Source: an uncultured Gemmatimonadales bacterium (GTDB lineage Bacteria; Gemmatimonadota; Gemmatimonadetes; Longimicrobiales; RSA9). Taken from it: a stretch of DNA of 64,000 nucleotides. A program made the translations under genes and the position numbers. Of the stretch, positions 19,045-28,816 are shown piece after piece (position 1 is the first letter of the stretch; the number at the start of each line of letters is the position of its first letter). The notes under the pieces are model-generated. The model was given only the letters and a program-made list of their open reading frames with translations, had not been told where the DNA came from and ran no database searches. The DNA is taken from assembly GCA_963798085.1 (NCBI GenBank), contig CAWCRS010000003.1:512001-576000 (forward strand), written 5' to 3'.

Positions 19045-21612
19045 ATGGTGATGCCGACCCGGAGGGAGCGTGTGCTGCCGCGTCTGATCGAAGACGAGAT
19101 GCGGCAGTCGTTCCTCGACTACTCGATGAGCGTGATCGTCCAGCGCGCCCTGCCCGACGTGCGTGACGGACTCAAGCCGGTGCACCGGCGCATCCTGTTC
19201 GCGATGCAGGAAGCCGGACTGTTGCCCGGACGGCCGTACAAGAAGAGCGCAACGGTGGTGGGCGATGTGCTGGGCAAATACCACCCGCATGGCGACATGG
19301 CGGTCTATGACGCGCTCGTGCGCATGGTGCAGGACTTCTCGCTGCGCTACCCGCTCATTGATGGGCAGGGCAATTTCGGCTCCATCGATGGCGATAACGC
19401 GGCCGCGTACCGGTACACCGAGGCCAGGCTGACGCGGCTGGCGGGCGAGCTGCTGGCCGACATCGACAAGGGGACGGTCGACTTCATTCCCAACTTCGAC
19501 GACCAGCGCGAAGAGCCCACCGTGCTGCCCGCGAAGTTTCCCAACCTGCTGGTGAACGGCAGTGCCGGCATCGCCGTGGGCATGGCCACCAATATCCCGC
19601 CCCATAATCTGCGCGAAGTGGGGGCTGCGCTGCGCTACCTGGTAGAGCACCCGGCTTGTGAGGTCGAGGATCTGATGCGTCACGTGCCCGGTCCGGATTT
19701 CCCGACGGGCGCCTACATCGTGGGCCGCGACGGCATTCGCGACGCCTATCGCACGGGACGCGGGCGCATGATCATGCGCGCCGCGCTGCACCGTGAAGCG
19801 CTGCGCGGCGGGCGCGAACAGATTGTTATCACGGCGCTGCCGTACGGCGTGTCCAAGACCAAGGTGATCGAGCAGATCGCGGAGCTGGCGCGCTCGAACA
19901 AGGTGGCCGACGTGTCCGACCTGCGCGACGAGTCCGATCGCGAGGGCATTCGCGTGGTGGTCGAGCTGAAGCGCGGTGCCCGCACGCGTCCGCTGCTGGC
20001 CACGCTCTACAAGCAGACCCACCTGCAGGCGACCTTCGGCGCCATCATGCTCGCGCTGGTGGATGGGACGCCGCGCGAACTCAACCTCAAGCAGATGCTG
20101 GAGCACTTCCGCGATCACCGTCTGGAAGTGATCCAGCGCCGCGCGCGCTTCGACCTGGAGCAGGCGAAACGCGAGGCGCACATCCTGGACGGGCTGATCA
20201 TCGCGGTCGACAACATCGAGGAAGTGATCGCCATCATCAGGGCGTCCAGGGACCAGGAAACTGCGGCGGCCGCGCTGCGCACGGAATTCGAGCTGACGGA
20301 GGAGCAGGCGAAAGCGATCCTCAGCATGAGGCTGGGACGGCTGACCAGCCTGGAGGCGCAGCAGCTGCGCAAGGATCAGCGTGAGCTGCGCAAGCGCATC
20401 AAGGAGCTGGAGACCCTGCTCGCCAGCGAGGCGAGGCAGCGGGCGCTGCTGCTGGAGGAAGTGGCTGGAGTGGTGGACGAATTCGGCGACGAGCGCCGCA
20501 CCACCATCGTGGACGAAGCGGAGGAGCTGGAAGTCGAGGATGTGGAGGCGCAGGAGCAGGTTGTCATATCGCTGAGTCACGCGTCCTACATCAAGCGCGC
20601 GCCCATGGCCGTGTACCGCCGGCGGGTGGCGCGGGGCGTGGCGCAGTCCGGCATGGACCGGTACGAGGATGACTTCCTCGAGCATGTCTTCGTGGCCAGC
20701 ACAGCGGAGACGCTGCTCTGTTTCACGGATGGCGGACAGGTGCACGCGCTGGCTGTGACGGACGTGCCGGAAGCGGGGCCCAGCAGTCGCGGCCGGGCGC
20801 TGGCGCAGGTGCTGACGCTGGACAAGGGCGCGCGCGTGGCGGCACTGCTGGCGGTGGGTGAGTTCTCCGCCGACCGCTCCGTGCTGTTCCTCACTGCGAA
20901 CGGCACGGTCAAGCGTACCACGCTCGATCAGTTCGCGAGCACTCGGGGCAGCGGATTGGCGGCGATCCGGCTGCAGGATGAGGACCGGCTGCTCGACGTG
21001 CAGCTGCTCGAGGCTGGCGCGGATGTCGTACTCGTGACGCGTGCGGGACGGGCGATTCGCTTTCCCGAGTCGGAGATCGCCGCCATGGGTCGCGTAACCC
21101 AGGGCGTGCGCGGCATTCAGCTGCGCAGCGCCGACAGCGTGATCGGCATGGTCGTGGTGCGACGCGACGCTTCGCTCTGCACGATCACGCAGCAGGGTTA
21201 CGCCAAACGCACACCGTTGTCGGAGTACCCGGTGCAGAAGCGGGGCGGGCTGGGCACCATCACGCTGGACGTCACTACCAGGACAGGCGAGCTGGTTGCG
21301 GCGAAGGAGCTGCTCGAGGGCGATGAACTCATGGTGATCGCCGGCAGCGGCAAGGCCACGCGCATCGAAGCAACACAGATACCCATCCAGGGACGCGCCA
21401 CGCAGGGCAAACGCGTTATTACACTGGATGACGGCGATCGCGTGGTGGAAGTGGCGCGTGTGGCGCAGGAGCGCGAAGAAGAAGAGCCGGCGCCGGGCAC
21501 GGCAGGCGGCAGGAAGCGCGCGGTGGAGTCAGAGGATGCGGTTGATCAGGACGACGCGAACGGTCCGCAGCTGGAACTGATTCCCGAAAAGAAACGTCGC
21601 CCGAAAAAGTGA
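19045..21612 (+). CDS. type IIA topoisomerase subunit A (GyrA/ParC paralogue, probably ParC-like)
   Basis: [29 protein letters not shown] catalytic Tyr, C-terminal pinwheel repeats; GyrA-box degenerate. Confidence 0.93.
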   Translation: MVMPTRRERVLPRLIEDEMRQSFLDYSMSVIVQRALPDVRDGLKPVHRRILFAMQEAGLLPGRPYKKSATVVGDVLGKYHPHGDMAVYDALVRMVQDFSLRYPLIDGQGNFGSIDGDNAAAYRYTEARLTRLAGELLADIDKGTVDFIPNFDDQREEPTVLPAKFPNLLVNGSAGIAVGMATNIPPHNLREVGAALRYLVEHPACEVEDLMRHVPGPDFPTGAYIVGRDGIRDAYRTGRGRMIMRAALHREALRGGREQIVITALPYGVSKTKVIEQIAELARSNKVADVSDLRDESDREGIRVVVELKRGARTRPLLATLYKQTHLQATFGAIMLALVDGTPRELNLKQMLEHFRDHRLEVIQRRARFDLEQAKREAHILDGLIIAVDNIEEVIAIIRASRDQETAAAALRTEFELTEEQAKAILSMRLGRLTSLEAQQLRKDQRELRKRIKELETLLASEARQRALLLEEVAGVVDEFGDERRTTIVDEAEELEVEDVEAQEQVVISLSHASYIKRAPMAVYRRRVARGVAQSGMDRYEDDFLEHVFVASTAETLLCFTDGGQVHALAVTDVPEAGPSSRGRALAQVLTLDKGARVAALLAVGEFSADRSVLFLTANGTVKRTTLDQFASTRGSGLAAIRLQDEDRLLDVQLLEAGADVVLVTRAGRAIRFPESEIAAMGRVTQGVRGIQLRSADSVIGMVVVRRDASLCTITQQGYAKRTPLSEYPVQKRGGLGTITLDVTTRTGELVAAKELLEGDELMVIAGSGKATRIEATQIPIQGRATQGKRVITLDDGDRVVEVARVAQEREEEEPAPGTAGGRKRAVESEDAVDQDDANGPQLELIPEKKRRPKK

Positions 21613-21625
21613 ACGGGGGCTCGCC

Positions 21626-22456
21626 TCAGAACGGAGCGGACGCGCGCATCGACAGGCTGTTCCTCGGCAACCCGGCCAGGAACTGGGCCACGATGGCGTT
21701 GAACTCCTCAGGCTGTTCCAGCGGTGCCATGTGTCCGGCGGCTTCGATCAGCTCGAGGCGGGCACCACGAATTCCGCGCGCCAGCATTTCCGCCTGGCCA
21801 CGCCCGGTGATCGTGTCATCCGCGCCCACAACGACGAGCACCGGCACATCAATGGTGCGGAGCAGCGGCTCGGCATCGGCGCGCGCGGCCATGCCCAGGA
21901 GTGTGCGCGCCATCGACTCCGGTGCAGTCTCCTCCATCATGGCGCGCACCATCGCACCCACCCCCGGCTTCTTCCGCGTTGTGGCGGGCGAGAGGAGCTT
22001 GGGCAGCAGCGCTTCCACGACCGGCGCCTGGCCCTCGAGGCGCACGCGATCCGCGAGGTGGTGGCGGGCACGCTGCGTGTCGGGTGAGTCGGCACCGGCG
22101 CGTGTGTCGCACAGCACGATCGCGCGCACGCGCTCCGCGAAATGGCGCCAGAACTCGAAGGCGACGTAACCGCCCATCGACAGGCCGCAGAGTACCACGC
22201 GATCGACGTTCATGAAATCGAGCAGCGCGGCGAGGTCGCGCGCGAAAAGCTCCATTGTGTGAACCGGCTCGTTGCCCGTCTCGCTCGCCCCGAAGCCACG
22301 CAGGTCCGGCGCAATGCCTCGCCACTCGGCGGGCACCGCGGCCAGCTGCTGGCCCCACATTGCCGAGTTGAAGGGGAAACCGTGGATGAAGATCACGGCG
22401 TCGCCTTCGCCGCGCTCACGCCACTCGAGCTCGATTCCGTTGAGCGTGACACCCAT
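21626..22456 (-). CDS. alpha/beta hydrolase (enol-lactonase-like)
   Basis: FIHGFP, PDLRGFG, GLSMGG, AGHM. Confidence 0.9.
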   Translation of the reverse strand: MGVTLNGIELEWRERGEGDAVIFIHGFPFNSAMWGQQLAAVPAEWRGIAPDLRGFGASETGNEPVHTMELFARDLAALLDFMNVDRVVLCGLSMGGYVAFEFWRHFAERVRAIVLCDTRAGADSPDTQRARHHLADRVRLEGQAPVVEALLPKLLSPATTRKKPGVGAMVRAMMEETAPESMARTLLGMAARADAEPLLRTIDVPVLVVVGADDTITGRGQAEMLARGIRGARLELIEAAGHMAPLEQPEEFNAIVAQFLAGLPRNSLSMRASAPF

Positions 22457-22499
22457 GGCGCCTCAGGTCAGCAGGGGGTTCCGCAGTACGGCCGGCACA

Positions 22500-22796
22500 T
22501 CACAGACCGAGCGACGACCGGATTATGGGATCCATTCGCTCTGGCGTCCACGGCGGCGTGAAGGTCAGCTCGACTTCTGCGGTCTCCACCCCCTCGATGG
22601 CTTCGATGGCTGCCTGCGCTTCTTCGATGATCTGCCCGGCCGCCGGGCAGAAGGGGGAGGTCAGGGAAAGCGTCGCGTGGACGTGGTTGTCCTGGATCTC
22701 GATCCCGTACACCAGCCCGAGAACCACCACATCCAGATTCAATTCAGGGTCCTTCACCTTCCGCAACGCACGCTTGACATCAAGTTCTGTCGGCAC
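22500..22796 (-). CDS. sufT: DUF59 metal-sulfur cluster assembly factor (SufT/PaaD-like)
   Basis: VKDPEL..LGLVY, LTSPFCP, PPWTPERM. Confidence 0.88.
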   Translation of the reverse strand: MPTELDVKRALRKVKDPELNLDVVVLGLVYGIEIQDNHVHATLSLTSPFCPAAGQIIEEAQAAIEAIEGVETAEVELTFTPPWTPERMDPIIRSSLGL

Positions 22797-22932
22797 TCGG
22801 AGCTCCTTTCTTTAAGCCGCCCATCACGGTGGGTACCGTGCGCGGAGCGGCGCATCGGTCACCTTCGAGCCGGGCCACGGATCGCCTGCGCAGACGCCGA
22901 AGCGACGAGACATTCGCACGGTTCGCCGCGTG

Positions 22933-22961
22933 TTGACACCCCCTGCGGCGACCTGTAGGGT
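22933..22961 (+). promoter_or_regulatory. sigma70 promoter for the selenoprotein-pfkA unit
   Basis: TTGACA-N17-TAGGGT. Confidence 0.6.
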
Positions 22962-22989
22962 AGGCGCACCCGTGATCCGGAGGCGAGTG

Positions 22990-23220
22990 GTGGCGCATTG
23001 CATGACCATTGAGTACTGCGGCCTCTGAAACTACTACCCCATGGCCTCCGGTCTGGAGGCGCGAATCCGCGAGTCGTACCCGGACACCGTGGTGGAACTC
23101 GTGGAATCACGCGGCGGCGTCTTCGAGGTGACGGTTGACGGCACGTTGATCTACTCGAAGAAGCAGACCGGACGGCACCCGCGCTGGGAGGAAATCCGCG
23201 ACCGTATGCAGCAGCTTTGA
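22990..23220 (+). CDS. SelW/SelT/SelH (Rdx family) selenoprotein, 76 aa, in-frame UGA(Sec) at 23026-23028
   Basis: (V)AHCMTIEYCGLUNYYPMASGLEARIRESYPDTVVELVESRGGVFEVTVDGTLIYSKKQTGRHPRWEEIRDRMQQL*. IEYCxxU and GxFEV..IYSK motifs; GGAGG RBS at 22979-22983. Confidence 0.9.
23044..23060 (+). promoter_or_regulatory. bacterial SECIS element
   Basis: GCCTCC-GGTCT-GGAGGC hairpin; the loop begins 21 nt after the UGA and carries GGUCU as in the E. coli fdhF SECIS apex. Confidence 0.8.
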
Positions 23221-24308
23221 TGTCGATCAACCGGATCGCGATCAACACGGGGGGTGGTGACGCGCCAGGACTGAATGCCGTGATCCGCGCCGTTGTACTG
23301 TCCGCGACGCGGCGTGGGTGGCAGGTATTCGGCATCGAGCGCGGGTACGGCGCGCTGCTTGGCGATGGCGATATCGTACGGCTGGACCGCGATTCCGTGC
23401 GTGGCATCACGCATCTGGGTGGCACCATTCTCGGGACATCCAACCGCGCGAATCCATTCGAGTGGCCCACGCCCGGGCCGGACGGCACCATGGTGACCGT
23501 CGACCGGAGCGATGAAGTCATCAAGAGCTTCCGGCGAAGCGGCTTCGACGCCCTGATCGCAATCGGCGGTGACGGCTCGTTGCGTATTGCCAATGGTCTG
23601 GCACGCAAGGGACTTCCCGTCGTGGGCGTGCCCAAGACCATCGACAACGACCTGGGTCTCACCTTTGTGACCTTCGGATTCCACACTGCCGTGCAGACCG
23701 CCAGTGACGCCATCGACAAGCTGCACTCGACGGCGGAGAGCCACGAACGCGTGTTGGTGGTGGAGGTAATGGGGCGGAACGCCGGCTGGATCGCGCTGTA
23801 CGCCGGACTCGGCGGTTCCGCAGACATCATTCTCATCCCGGAGATTCCGTACGATCTGGCGCGGGTGTGCGCCAAGATCGAGGAGCGATACCGTGAGGGT
23901 CGCAACTTCGCGATCGCAGTCGTGGCGGAAGGTGCGATTCCGAAGGGTGGCGAGGCGTCATACGTGGAGGCAGGTGCGCCGGGAAAGGAAGCGCGATTGG
24001 GTGGCGCTGGTGAGCGAATCGCGCGCCAGATTGCGCACCGCACCAACCGCGAGACCCGCTCACTGGTCCTGGGACACCTGCAGCGCGGTGGCTCACCCAC
24101 GTCGTACGATCGTCTGATTGCGCTGCGTTTCGGCGCGGCCGCTGTGCGCTGCGCGGCGGCGGGTCAGTTTGGCGTCATGGTGGCGCTGGACCCACCGGAA
24201 ATCCGGCCCGTTCCCCTCGATCAGGCCATCCAGCAGATCAAGCGTGTTCCCCTCGATTCGGACACGGTACAGACGGCGCGAGATCTGGGCGTCTCGTTCG
24301 GCGACTGA
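23220..24308 (+). CDS. pfkA: 6-phosphofructokinase (PfkA family, group III type)
   Basis: TGGGDAPGLN, GGTILG, IGGDGS, PKTIDND, EVMGR, LGHLQRGG. TGATG overlap with the selenoprotein stop. Confidence 0.93.
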   Translation: MSINRIAINTGGGDAPGLNAVIRAVVLSATRRGWQVFGIERGYGALLGDGDIVRLDRDSVRGITHLGGTILGTSNRANPFEWPTPGPDGTMVTVDRSDEVIKSFRRSGFDALIAIGGDGSLRIANGLARKGLPVVGVPKTIDNDLGLTFVTFGFHTAVQTASDAIDKLHSTAESHERVLVVEVMGRNAGWIALYAGLGGSADIILIPEIPYDLARVCAKIEERYREGRNFAIAVVAEGAIPKGGEASYVEAGAPGKEARLGGAGERIARQIAHRTNRETRSLVLGHLQRGGSPTSYDRLIALRFGAAAVRCAAAGQFGVMVALDPPEIRPVPLDQAIQQIKRVPLDSDTVQTARDLGVSFGD

Positions 24309-24332
24309 ACTCCAGGCCGCAGGAGGTTTCAC

Positions 24333-26738
24333 ATGAAGAGGGCGCAATTCCCCGCCCTTGTGGTGGTGCTCTCGCTGGGCGCCGCCCGGCTCACGGCGCA
24401 GCAGGCACCGCATTTCGACCTGGCCATTGCGAACATCATGCGCGGACCCGAGCTGGTGGGTCAGGCGCCGTCGTCCGTTCGCTGGAGCGATGACGGTCAG
24501 TGGATCTTCTTCCGCTGGGTGCCCGGCGGCCAGCCCTGGGATGCGACACCAGCCCTGTACCGCGTGGCCGCGCGCGGGGGCGAACCGCAGAAGCTCACGG
24601 ACCGCGAAGCCGATTCGCTCAGCGTGCTGCTGGCGTCGGGACCGGAATCGCCGGACGGCAAATGGCGAGCGGTCTCGTCGAATGGCGATCTCGCCCTCAT
24701 CAATCGGACCACGCTCGCCGTTCGCCAGCTGACGCACACGCGGTCCATCGAGAGCGCGCCCGTTTGGCGCCGGGACGGCGGGGCGCTCTACTACCTGAGT
24801 GATAACAACCTGTTCGAAATGGCGCTGGAAGGCGGCGGCCTGCGCCAGATCACGGACTTCCGTAGTGGTCCCGCGCCCGCAGAGGCCCGGCCGGCACAGG
24901 GTCAACGCGGCTTCCTCGAGGATCAGCAGAAGGCGTTGTTCGAGTACATCCGCCGGCAGGCTGCACGCAACACGGAGAATCGCGACGAGCGGCATGCGCT
25001 GGATGCACGTGATTCGCTTCATACCGTGTATCTGGAACGCGACGAACGGGTGCTCACGCTCGCCGTCGATCCCGCCGGCAGCTACGCGCTGATCGCCACG
25101 GCCAGCCAGAGCGGCGGCGCCCCGGGCGGGCCGCGGCGCGTGCAGGTTCCGTTCTGGATCACGGAGTCCGGCTACACCGAGGCCAGAGACGGGCGCACCA
25201 AAGTCGGTGACGTGCAGGTCAACAGCGGACGGCTCGGCGTCGTGTCGCTGGCGGGCGACGTCGTGCACTGGATCGATCTCGCGGCTGCTACCAATCCCGG
25301 TGATGCGCAGGCTGCAAAGCGCGAACTGGGCTTCCCATCATTCCTCGGCTGGAATGACGCGGGCACAAACGGCCTGATCGGTGTGGGCAGCGCGGATTTC
25401 AAGGATGCCTGGCTCTGGACCATGGATGCCGCGACCGGGGCATTGACGCCGGTCACGCACCTCCACGACAATGCCTGGGTGGCTGGGCCCTGCCCGTTCT
25501 GGGGCAGCTCGTCATGCGCCGGCTGGCTGCCTGGCAGCGGCATGGTCTGGTACACGAGCGAAGCAGACGGCTTCAATCACCTCTACACGGTGAACGCCGA
25601 CGGTACAGGCCGCAAACAACTGACTTCCGGACGCTGGGAGGTGCAGAGCGTCGACATCTCACCGTCGCACGACCGTTTCTATCTGCAGACCAGCGAGCCA
25701 TCTCCGTTCGAAGTGCACTTCTGGCAGATGAACTTCGACGGCTCCAACCGCGTGCGCATCACCACCATGCCGGGGCATCAGGAAGCGACGCCTTCGCCCG
25801 ACGGACGCCGGCTCGCTTTCGTGCACTCGTTCTCCAATGTGCCGCCGGAACTGTATGTCGCCGACAACTCGCCGGGCGCCGCCGCCACGCGTGTCACGCT
25901 GTCACCTACGGCGGAGTGGCGATCGTTCAAGTGGATCGCGCCGCAGATCGACTGGATCGACGCCAGCGATGGCGTCAAGGTGCCAGCCCGCATCTACAAG
26001 CCGGCCGAGATGGGCGCCCGGCCCAATGGTGCAGCAGTCATCTTCGTGCACGGCGCCGGCTATGCGCAGAACGTGCACAACTGGTGGTCGTCGTATTTCC
26101 GCGAGTACATGTTCCATCACGTGCTCGCTTCCCGCGGCTACGTGGTGCTGGACATCGATTACCGCGCTTCGGCGGGCTATGGACGGGACTGGCGCACTGC
26201 GATCTATCGGCACATGGGCGGTAGAGATCTCGCCGATCAGGTGGATGGTTCACGCTATCTGACAAAGAACTTCGATATCCCTCCGGAACGCGTGGGCATC
26301 TACGGCGGATCGTACGGCGGTTTCATGACGCTGATGGCGCTTTTCACGGCGCCCAAAAGCTTTGGCGCCGGCGCCGCCCTGCGCTCGGTGACCGACTGGG
26401 CTCACTACAACCACGGCTACACGGGTCGCATCCTGAATCTGCCCCAGGATGATAGCATCGCCTACCGGCAGTCATCGCCCATCTACTTCGCGGAAGGCCT
26501 CGAGGACCCGCTGCTGATGGCGCACGGCATGGTCGACACGAACGTCAACTTCGCTGACATCGTGCGGCTGACTCAGCGTCTGATCGAGCTGGGCAAGCGC
26601 AATTGGCAACTCGCCGTTTTCCCGGTGGAGGACCACGGATTCCTCGTGCCCTCGAGCTGGACCGACGAGTATCGTCGCATCCTCGAGCTGTTCGAGCGCA
26701 ACATCAATCCGCACGGTAATCCCGCCACGGTCAAATAA
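24333..26738 (+). CDS. secreted S9 family dipeptidyl-peptidase IV-like protein
   Basis: Signal peptide; FVHGAGY, GGSYGG, HGMVDTNV, EDHG. Confidence 0.93.
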   Translation: MKRAQFPALVVVLSLGAARLTAQQAPHFDLAIANIMRGPELVGQAPSSVRWSDDGQWIFFRWVPGGQPWDATPALYRVAARGGEPQKLTDREADSLSVLLASGPESPDGKWRAVSSNGDLALINRTTLAVRQLTHTRSIESAPVWRRDGGALYYLSDNNLFEMALEGGGLRQITDFRSGPAPAEARPAQGQRGFLEDQQKALFEYIRRQAARNTENRDERHALDARDSLHTVYLERDERVLTLAVDPAGSYALIATASQSGGAPGGPRRVQVPFWITESGYTEARDGRTKVGDVQVNSGRLGVVSLAGDVVHWIDLAAATNPGDAQAAKRELGFPSFLGWNDAGTNGLIGVGSADFKDAWLWTMDAATGALTPVTHLHDNAWVAGPCPFWGSSSCAGWLPGSGMVWYTSEADGFNHLYTVNADGTGRKQLTSGRWEVQSVDISPSHDRFYLQTSEPSPFEVHFWQMNFDGSNRVRITTMPGHQEATPSPDGRRLAFVHSFSNVPPELYVADNSPGAAATRVTLSPTAEWRSFKWIAPQIDWIDASDGVKVPARIYKPAEMGARPNGAAVIFVHGAGYAQNVHNWWSSYFREYMFHHVLASRGYVVLDIDYRASAGYGRDWRTAIYRHMGGRDLADQVDGSRYLTKNFDIPPERVGIYGGSYGGFMTLMALFTAPKSFGAGAALRSVTDWAHYNHGYTGRILNLPQDDSIAYRQSSPIYFAEGLEDPLLMAHGMVDTNVNFADIVRLTQRLIELGKRNWQLAVFPVEDHGFLVPSSWTDEYRRILELFERNINPHGNPATVK

Positions 26739-26752
26739 GGACTGCTGGAACG

Positions 26753-26788
26753 CCGAGGGGCTCCGGTCGATCGACCAGAGCCCCTCGG
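26753..26788. terminator. intrinsic terminator between convergent genes
   Basis: CCGAGGGGCTC...GAGCCCCTCGG stem followed by TTTCCC. Confidence 0.7.
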
Positions 26789-26815
26789 TTTCCCTTGCGG
26801 AATCCCGGCGACTAC

Positions 26816-27538
26816 TCAGCTGCTCGTGCGCCGCTTCTCCGATTGTGCTGCTTCGACAGCGGCCCTTCTGGCCGCCACGAACTCCGCGTGCCTCGTGCGA
26901 TCACCGGTCAACACCATTTCGGCGTAGCCGTTGTGCGGATCGGCACCACTGCTCAAGAGCGAATCCACGCGTGTGGGGCCACGATTGTACGCAAGCAAGG
27001 CCAGCTCTGGATCGCCATACGTGTCGATCAGACGACGCAGATAGCGGAAGCCCACTCGCAGATTGAAGCGGGGCTCCAGGAGTTCTTCGCGCCTCGTACC
27101 GGGGAACAGCCACCGCGCCGTGGACGGCTTGACCTGTGTCAGGCCCACGGCACCGACCGAAGAAACCGCCGCCGCCGCGAAGCCCGACTCGGCCCGCACG
27201 AGGCGGAACGCCAGGTGTGGATCGATGCGCTCCTTGGCCGCAGCCCAGGAGATGTCGTCCGCCAGGCCGGCCGGGATTCCGAAGCTTGCTGCGAATTGAC
27301 CCGAGCGCTGAAGCCGCTCGTGATCCAGCACGGCCTGTCGCCAAGCCGTCGCCACCGCGTCCCTCGCCTGTGCTTCCGCAATGCGCTGTGGTTCCTGCGT
27401 CACGTCCACCGCCCCTGCCCCACCGTCTACCCACATGAAAGCACCCGCAGGTGCGATCAGTCCAAGTCCTACCAGCAGCGTGATGGTCGGTCGCCGTACT
27501 CTCTGGCACAGCGCCCTGACCTTCGGGAACGTCCGCAT
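26816..27538 (-). CDS. lytic transglycosylase (SLT domain) with N-terminal anchor
   Basis: AESGF, GAVGLTQV, AYNRGP motifs; GGAGG RBS. Confidence 0.88.
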   Translation of the reverse strand: MRTFPKVRALCQRVRRPTITLLVGLGLIAPAGAFMWVDGGAGAVDVTQEPQRIAEAQARDAVATAWRQAVLDHERLQRSGQFAASFGIPAGLADDISWAAAKERIDPHLAFRLVRAESGFAAAAVSSVGAVGLTQVKPSTARWLFPGTRREELLEPRFNLRVGFRYLRRLIDTYGDPELALLAYNRGPTRVDSLLSSGADPHNGYAEMVLTGDRTRHAEFVAARRAAVEAAQSEKRRTSS

Positions 27539-27862
27539 GGCGGTCTCCCTCCGGCTTCGGGTGTGTGTCGAGCGATCCGCGATTCGCGGGTCGCATCCAA
27601 ACGGCCGCCCTCCTGGCTAAATCATTTACTGACAGGCATCTCCAAGAAAAGCGCCGCCTCGTCCAGCGCCGCTTGACCGTCTGGTACCCGCTGTCTCGCA
27701 AGTAGGGTTCCAGATCAGGTCCCGGTGGCCGGTCCGACCGCGGCCGGGCGGACAGCATAGGAGGCGCAGGAATCAACGAAATCCGGACACCTCCCGCAGG
27801 ACACGCTATATGCAGTGGACCGGCGGCTGGCCCGGCACTCAATGTTGTGCCTTGAACAAGGG

Positions 27863-28282
27863 CTACTGGAGGGTAACGCGGTGGATCGTGCCGTCACCAA
27901 GGTCAATGCGATACGGGCCAGTCAGACGAGCGCCTGTGGCGCTGCGTCCACTTATCTCCACCACGGTGCTCGAAACTGTGGCGATGACAAAGCGTTGTGT
28001 CGACCGATCGGGTACGGCACCGAGCACATGGGGGCCGGAGCCGGCGTCGTACGACACGATCATCTCCTGGCCAGTCTGGTTGGTCACGAGCACGGCGTAC
28101 ACGGGCCGCGGTTGTGTACCCACCGCCACATTGCGGTGGCATGCGATCAGGGGCAGCAGGAGCAGAATCAGCAGGAGGGAGCGTACTGCGAGCGCGTCGC
28201 ACCGCGCCGGCTGCTGCGGCAGGACCACTGCCGCAAAGTGCGGCTCAGTCGTCGTCGAACGAGAAGCGACGCGCGGCCTCAT
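27863..28282 (-). CDS. putative lipoprotein
   Basis: Hydrophobic stretch ending LIAC followed by a small beta domain (VTNQT..VSY). Start uncertain. Confidence 0.6.
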   Translation of the reverse strand: MRPRVASRSTTTEPHFAAVVLPQQPARCDALAVRSLLLILLLLPLIACHRNVAVGTQPRPVYAVLVTNQTGQEMIVSYDAGSGPHVLGAVPDRSTQRFVIATVSSTVVEISGRSATGARLTGPYRIDLGDGTIHRVTLQ

Positions 28283-28664
28283 CGGTGGGAGCTCCTCCAG
28301 TCATGAGGTCGATCAACGCCCGCATTTCGTCACTGATGTGGCGCAGGCGGTCGAGCACGGTGAGCACGTGTGCATACTCGAAGAAGGCACGAATCGCGGA
28401 TTCGGAAGACGGGTTCTCGCGCAGGATGAAGTCATCTACGCGCTCCCGCGCGTCGACGAGAAGGAACTCCAGCGCGCGCTGGATCTGGTTTGCTTCCTCG
28501 AGCGAGTCAACAGACAGATCGCCCGTGAGTCGGGGCGAGAGCGCCTCGAGCGCAGGCAGCACCTCGGGAGGTGCCGCTACGCCACCGTTGTCCAGCGCTT
28601 CGAAAACCCGATCAATGGCCGTGTCGATCGCGGTCAGTTCTTCGTACGAGCAGTGCAGAATCAT
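28245..28664 (-). CDS. hypothetical acidic helical protein
   Basis: MILHCSYEEL... preceded by GGAGG; host-like codon usage; no recognised motif. Confidence 0.7.
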   Translation of the reverse strand: MILHCSYEELTAIDTAIDRVFEALDNGGVAAPPEVLPALEALSPRLTGDLSVDSLEEANQIQRALEFLLVDARERVDDFILRENPSSESAIRAFFEYAHVLTVLDRLRHISDEMRALIDLMTGGAPTDEAARRFSFDDD

Positions 28665-28816
28665 CCGCCGAGGCCTCCGACGCCAACGCCCTCTCCATTC
28701 AGAACGCTCGAACGAGAGAAATCGTTTCCGCATCGGTTTCGTCTGCGCGCGCATTTCATCGCGACGGACACAATACCGTGGCTGGCGCGGCGCGCAACCG
28801 TCGCAAGGGGCAACAA

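Noticed and set aside
18565..20745. Long antisense ORFs (also 48493..50610, 31793..32935, 60306..61694 and others)
   Set aside because: Shadow frames of high-GC genes on the opposite strand; no motifs.
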